NCBI GenBank assembly: GCA_963807635.1
Contig: CAWEDJ010000047.1
Location: 1-20,828, forward strand
DNA length: 20,828 nt
Direction: 5' to 3'
Origin: an uncultured cyanobacterium
Lineage (GTDB): Bacteria; Cyanobacteriota; Cyanobacteriia; Cyanobacteriales; Microcystaceae
Under the pieces are notes generated by a model that was not told the origin of the DNA, did not search any database, and worked only from the letters and a program-made list of their open reading frames with translations. Shown in pieces: positions 18,656 to 20,828 of the stretch; position 1 is the stretch's first letter, and the number at the start of each line of letters is the position of its first letter. Position numbers and translations under genes: made by a program.

Positions 18656-18674
18656 TGTGAATATTTTGTGAATA
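18656..18674. promoter_or_regulatory. TGTGAATA direct repeat with 11-bp period, candidate OmpR/PhoB-type operator
   Basis: TGTGAATA at 18656 and 18667 in the divergent intergenic region. Confidence 0.4.
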
Positions 18675-19035
18675 AATGCTATTTTTTTGTTTCATTTTAT
18701 AAGTGTTTGTAAAGAGATTTGACGTTTTTATAAGAGTTAGTAAACAAAGCGATTTTTGCACAATTGGATTTTAGGGTCACGCGATACTGATCGGTGGATC
18801 TACTGAGTGAGCTTTATGAAATTCTTTTTGTCTAGATGAAATTTTGAACGGTTCTATTCCGGGATTCAGACGGATTAATCCAGTAGGGGGGACTATATTT
18901 CGCCTAATTTGAAACCCTTCTTTGAGGAGTGGAGGGACGTAAAATGAGGGAACATAGCCGATTTTTGAGGTTTTTTGGTATTAACGATTTAAATCAAAAC
19001 AATTTAAGACAATTTTAATTTGAGGATAAATAATC

Positions 19036-20828
19036 ATGGATGATTATTCTTTGATTGATCCGTTGGTCAATGACGGAGTTCAGGATTCGGTGGCTTATAC
19101 GGTTATTACGGATAAGCTGGATTACGCGCCAGGGGAGACCGCGACGATTACGGCGAGTGGTTTTAAAGTTGGCTCGACGATTGAGTTTGCGATCGCAGAA
19201 ACCACTCCAGGTGATGATGGCGAGTTAGATAGCTACAAGACTTCGCCTAGTTTTCAGCCCTTTTCTGTGACGGATGGAGGCAAGGATGATTTAGATGGGG
19301 TCGCCAATGGTCAGGTGGTGACGACTTGGTTTGTGCCGACGAATAACAATGGCACTGATGGCAGTACTCCTGATTCGTTGAATGCGACGTTGAATTTGAC
19401 AGCGACGGGTTCCAATGGTCAGGTGGCGACGACAACGTTTACGGATGCGCTGCCGCCAACTGTCAATTTAACGAATGCTAATTCAACAGGTAATGTTGGT
19501 GTTGCTATCTTTTCCAGTGCCATTTTCAACGCGGGATCGGGATTATTAGCTTCATTTCAAGTTGTAGGTGATGGCAGTAAAACCATCACAAAGGGTTATA
19601 ATACCCAAGGCACACTGGAATTTGACACAAAAGCAGCATCTGAGAATCTTCCCCTCGGAGTAGGGATCGCTGGAGGTGTTCCTATTTCTTACATCGGGAT
19701 CACGCCCTACCTCGAATTTCGGCTGGATATCAACGAGAACCAGAATAAAGATGGTGACCAGTTTCTGTCGCTCGATGCGATGGACTTCTATATCACGAAT
19801 GACGAAACTCTAACGGGTTACCCCTTTGAATCTGGCTTGGGAGGCAATGGCACCGGTCAGGCCAACCTAGTTTACAGCTTGGATGCTGGTAGCGATAAAT
19901 GGGTGGCACTTAATAGTGCGCTGCAACCGGGTAGTGGCTATGGTGATATGTCCACTTTCCTACCTGCAAACCTGTTTTACAATATTCTAGATTCTACAGA
20001 CCCGTCAACGTGGACTAAAAAGGCAAACTATATCACGCTGTACACAGAATACGGGCTTCAGGGAAAAACTACTGATAGCACTGGTGCCTTTCCACCTGTT
20101 AAAGACCAACAAGGGAATGATTACTATGTGCAGAACTGGGGTAACAGTGATGGCTTTGAAGAGTGGGGTCGTGGTGTAGGTCGCCCCCTTCAAGCCAGCA
20201 ACATTCGAGGCTACAAGTTTTTCGACAAAAACGGTAACGGCGTTGATGACGGTGTTGCTGCCGGCGAAGGTCCACTGCAAGGTGTCACGATTTACTTAGA
20301 TGCCAACAATAACCAAACAAAAGATCCGGGCGAGTTAAGTAAAGTCACAGACGCTAGTGGCATTTACGAGTTTAAAAATTTAGTCGCAGGTCTGAGTGGC
20401 ACACAATCTACATATTATGTTCGGGAAGAAGTACCTTCTGGGTATCTGGCGACTTCTCCGAACGATGGCACTAAAACGATCACGATCACGCCACTCCCTG
20501 GGAATAATTCTAGTAACGCGACCCGAAATGTAACGGTTCAGAATTTTTCGGCTGCGTATGGACCTACGATTGTCGTCAACCTCGACATTGCCCAATACAC
20601 CTATAATCTCGATGTTGCCAATTCACTGACCAATAACACAGCTTTTGGTAACAAGCGCGCACTCACTACTGTAAGTCTTAATGGTTACAAGTGGCATGAC
20701 CTCAATGCGGATGGCATTTGGCAACAGCCTACAGAACCCGGCTTATCAGGCTGGACTATCTTCTTCGATACCAACAACAACGGTACACAGGATGCGGGAG
20801 AAACTACAACCACTAATGCTTCAGGTCA
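19036..20828 (+). CDS. Large extracellular/surface protein with SdrD B-like repeats; 5' part only (at least 597 aa), absent from the ORF track
   Basis: GAGGA RBS and ATG 19036; frame 1 is open to the window end. Motifs TDKLDYAPGETATITASGF; GYKFFDKNGNG...EGPLQGVTIYLDANNN...TDASGIYEFKNL...YVREEVPSGY; second repeat GYKWHDLNADG...EPGLSGWTIFFDTNNNG. Confidence 0.9.
   Translation, partial: MDDYSLIDPLVNDGVQDSVAYTVITDKLDYAPGETATITASGFKVGSTIEFAIAETTPGDDGELDSYKTSPSFQPFSVTDGGKDDLDGVANGQVVTTWFVPTNNNGTDGSTPDSLNATLNLTATGSNGQVATTTFTDALPPTVNLTNANSTGNVGVAIFSSAIFNAGSGLLASFQVVGDGSKTITKGYNTQGTLEFDTKAASENLPLGVGIAGGVPISYIGITPYLEFRLDINENQNKDGDQFLSLDAMDFYITNDETLTGYPFESGLGGNGTGQANLVYSLDAGSDKWVALNSALQPGSGYGDMSTFLPANLFYNILDSTDPSTWTKKANYITLYTEYGLQGKTTDSTGAFPPVKDQQGNDYYVQNWGNSDGFEEWGRGVGRPLQASNIRGYKFFDKNGNGVDDGVAAGEGPLQGVTIYLDANNNQTKDPGELSKVTDASGIYEFKNLVAGLSGTQSTYYVREEVPSGYLATSPNDGTKTITITPLPGNNSSNATRNVTVQNFSAAYGPTIVVNLDIAQYTYNLDVANSLTNNTAFGNKRALTTVSLNGYKWHDLNADGIWQQPTEPGLSGWTIFFDTNNNGTQDAGETTTTNASG

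Noticed and set aside
18905..18965. Hairpin AAA-CCCTTC...GGAGGG-ACGTAAA upstream of the surface protein, reminiscent of the c-di-GMP-I riboswitch P2
   Set aside because: It lacks the GNRA tetraloop, a full P3 stem and convincing P1 pairing. An Infernal search with the c-di-GMP-I model would settle it.
17153..20595. ORFs 17153-17401, 17755-17973, 19247-19435, 20005-20280 and 20380-20595
   Set aside because: Antisense to DUF3531, the regulator or the large surface-protein gene.

Overview
Cyanobacterial chromosomal DNA: more than 25 exact HIP1 octamers (GCGATCGC) by eye and a Synechocystis-like ctpB. Most of the window is ordinary housekeeping content: a pentapeptide-repeat membrane protein, a GTPase/DUF697 protein, a MOSC protein, tRNA-Ala(CGC), MarC, gpsA, two NUDIX hydrolases, fbp, an NTF2-like protein, ctpB, an OB-fold lipoprotein, folD-crcB-HDAC, a SWIM protein, DUF3531, a receiver-less OmpR-type regulator, and the 5' part of a large SdrD-B-repeat surface protein missing from the ORF track. 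Nine genes each carry one small frameshift. Five lie at or beside CCWGG and one inside HIP1, which points to long-read errors rather than pseudogenes. The outstanding feature is a ~2.8 kb accessory array at 8208-11015. It holds three paralogous small coiled-coil, tail-anchored membrane genes (M-x-T-x-IETDLKE...KFGFFPNP) and a recoded anchor-only fourth copy, built as HIP1-leader-gene-TAAAAC(C/T)-HIP1 units. These alternate with unrelated AT-rich cargo genes: an unknown 96-aa ORF and a Swt1-like HEPN RNase. Each cargo lies between direct repeats of the paralogue 3' end, the paralogues are mosaics of one another, and no recombinase gene is in the window. The array may be a recombination-driven gene-capture or defence cassette array; that interpretation is inference.
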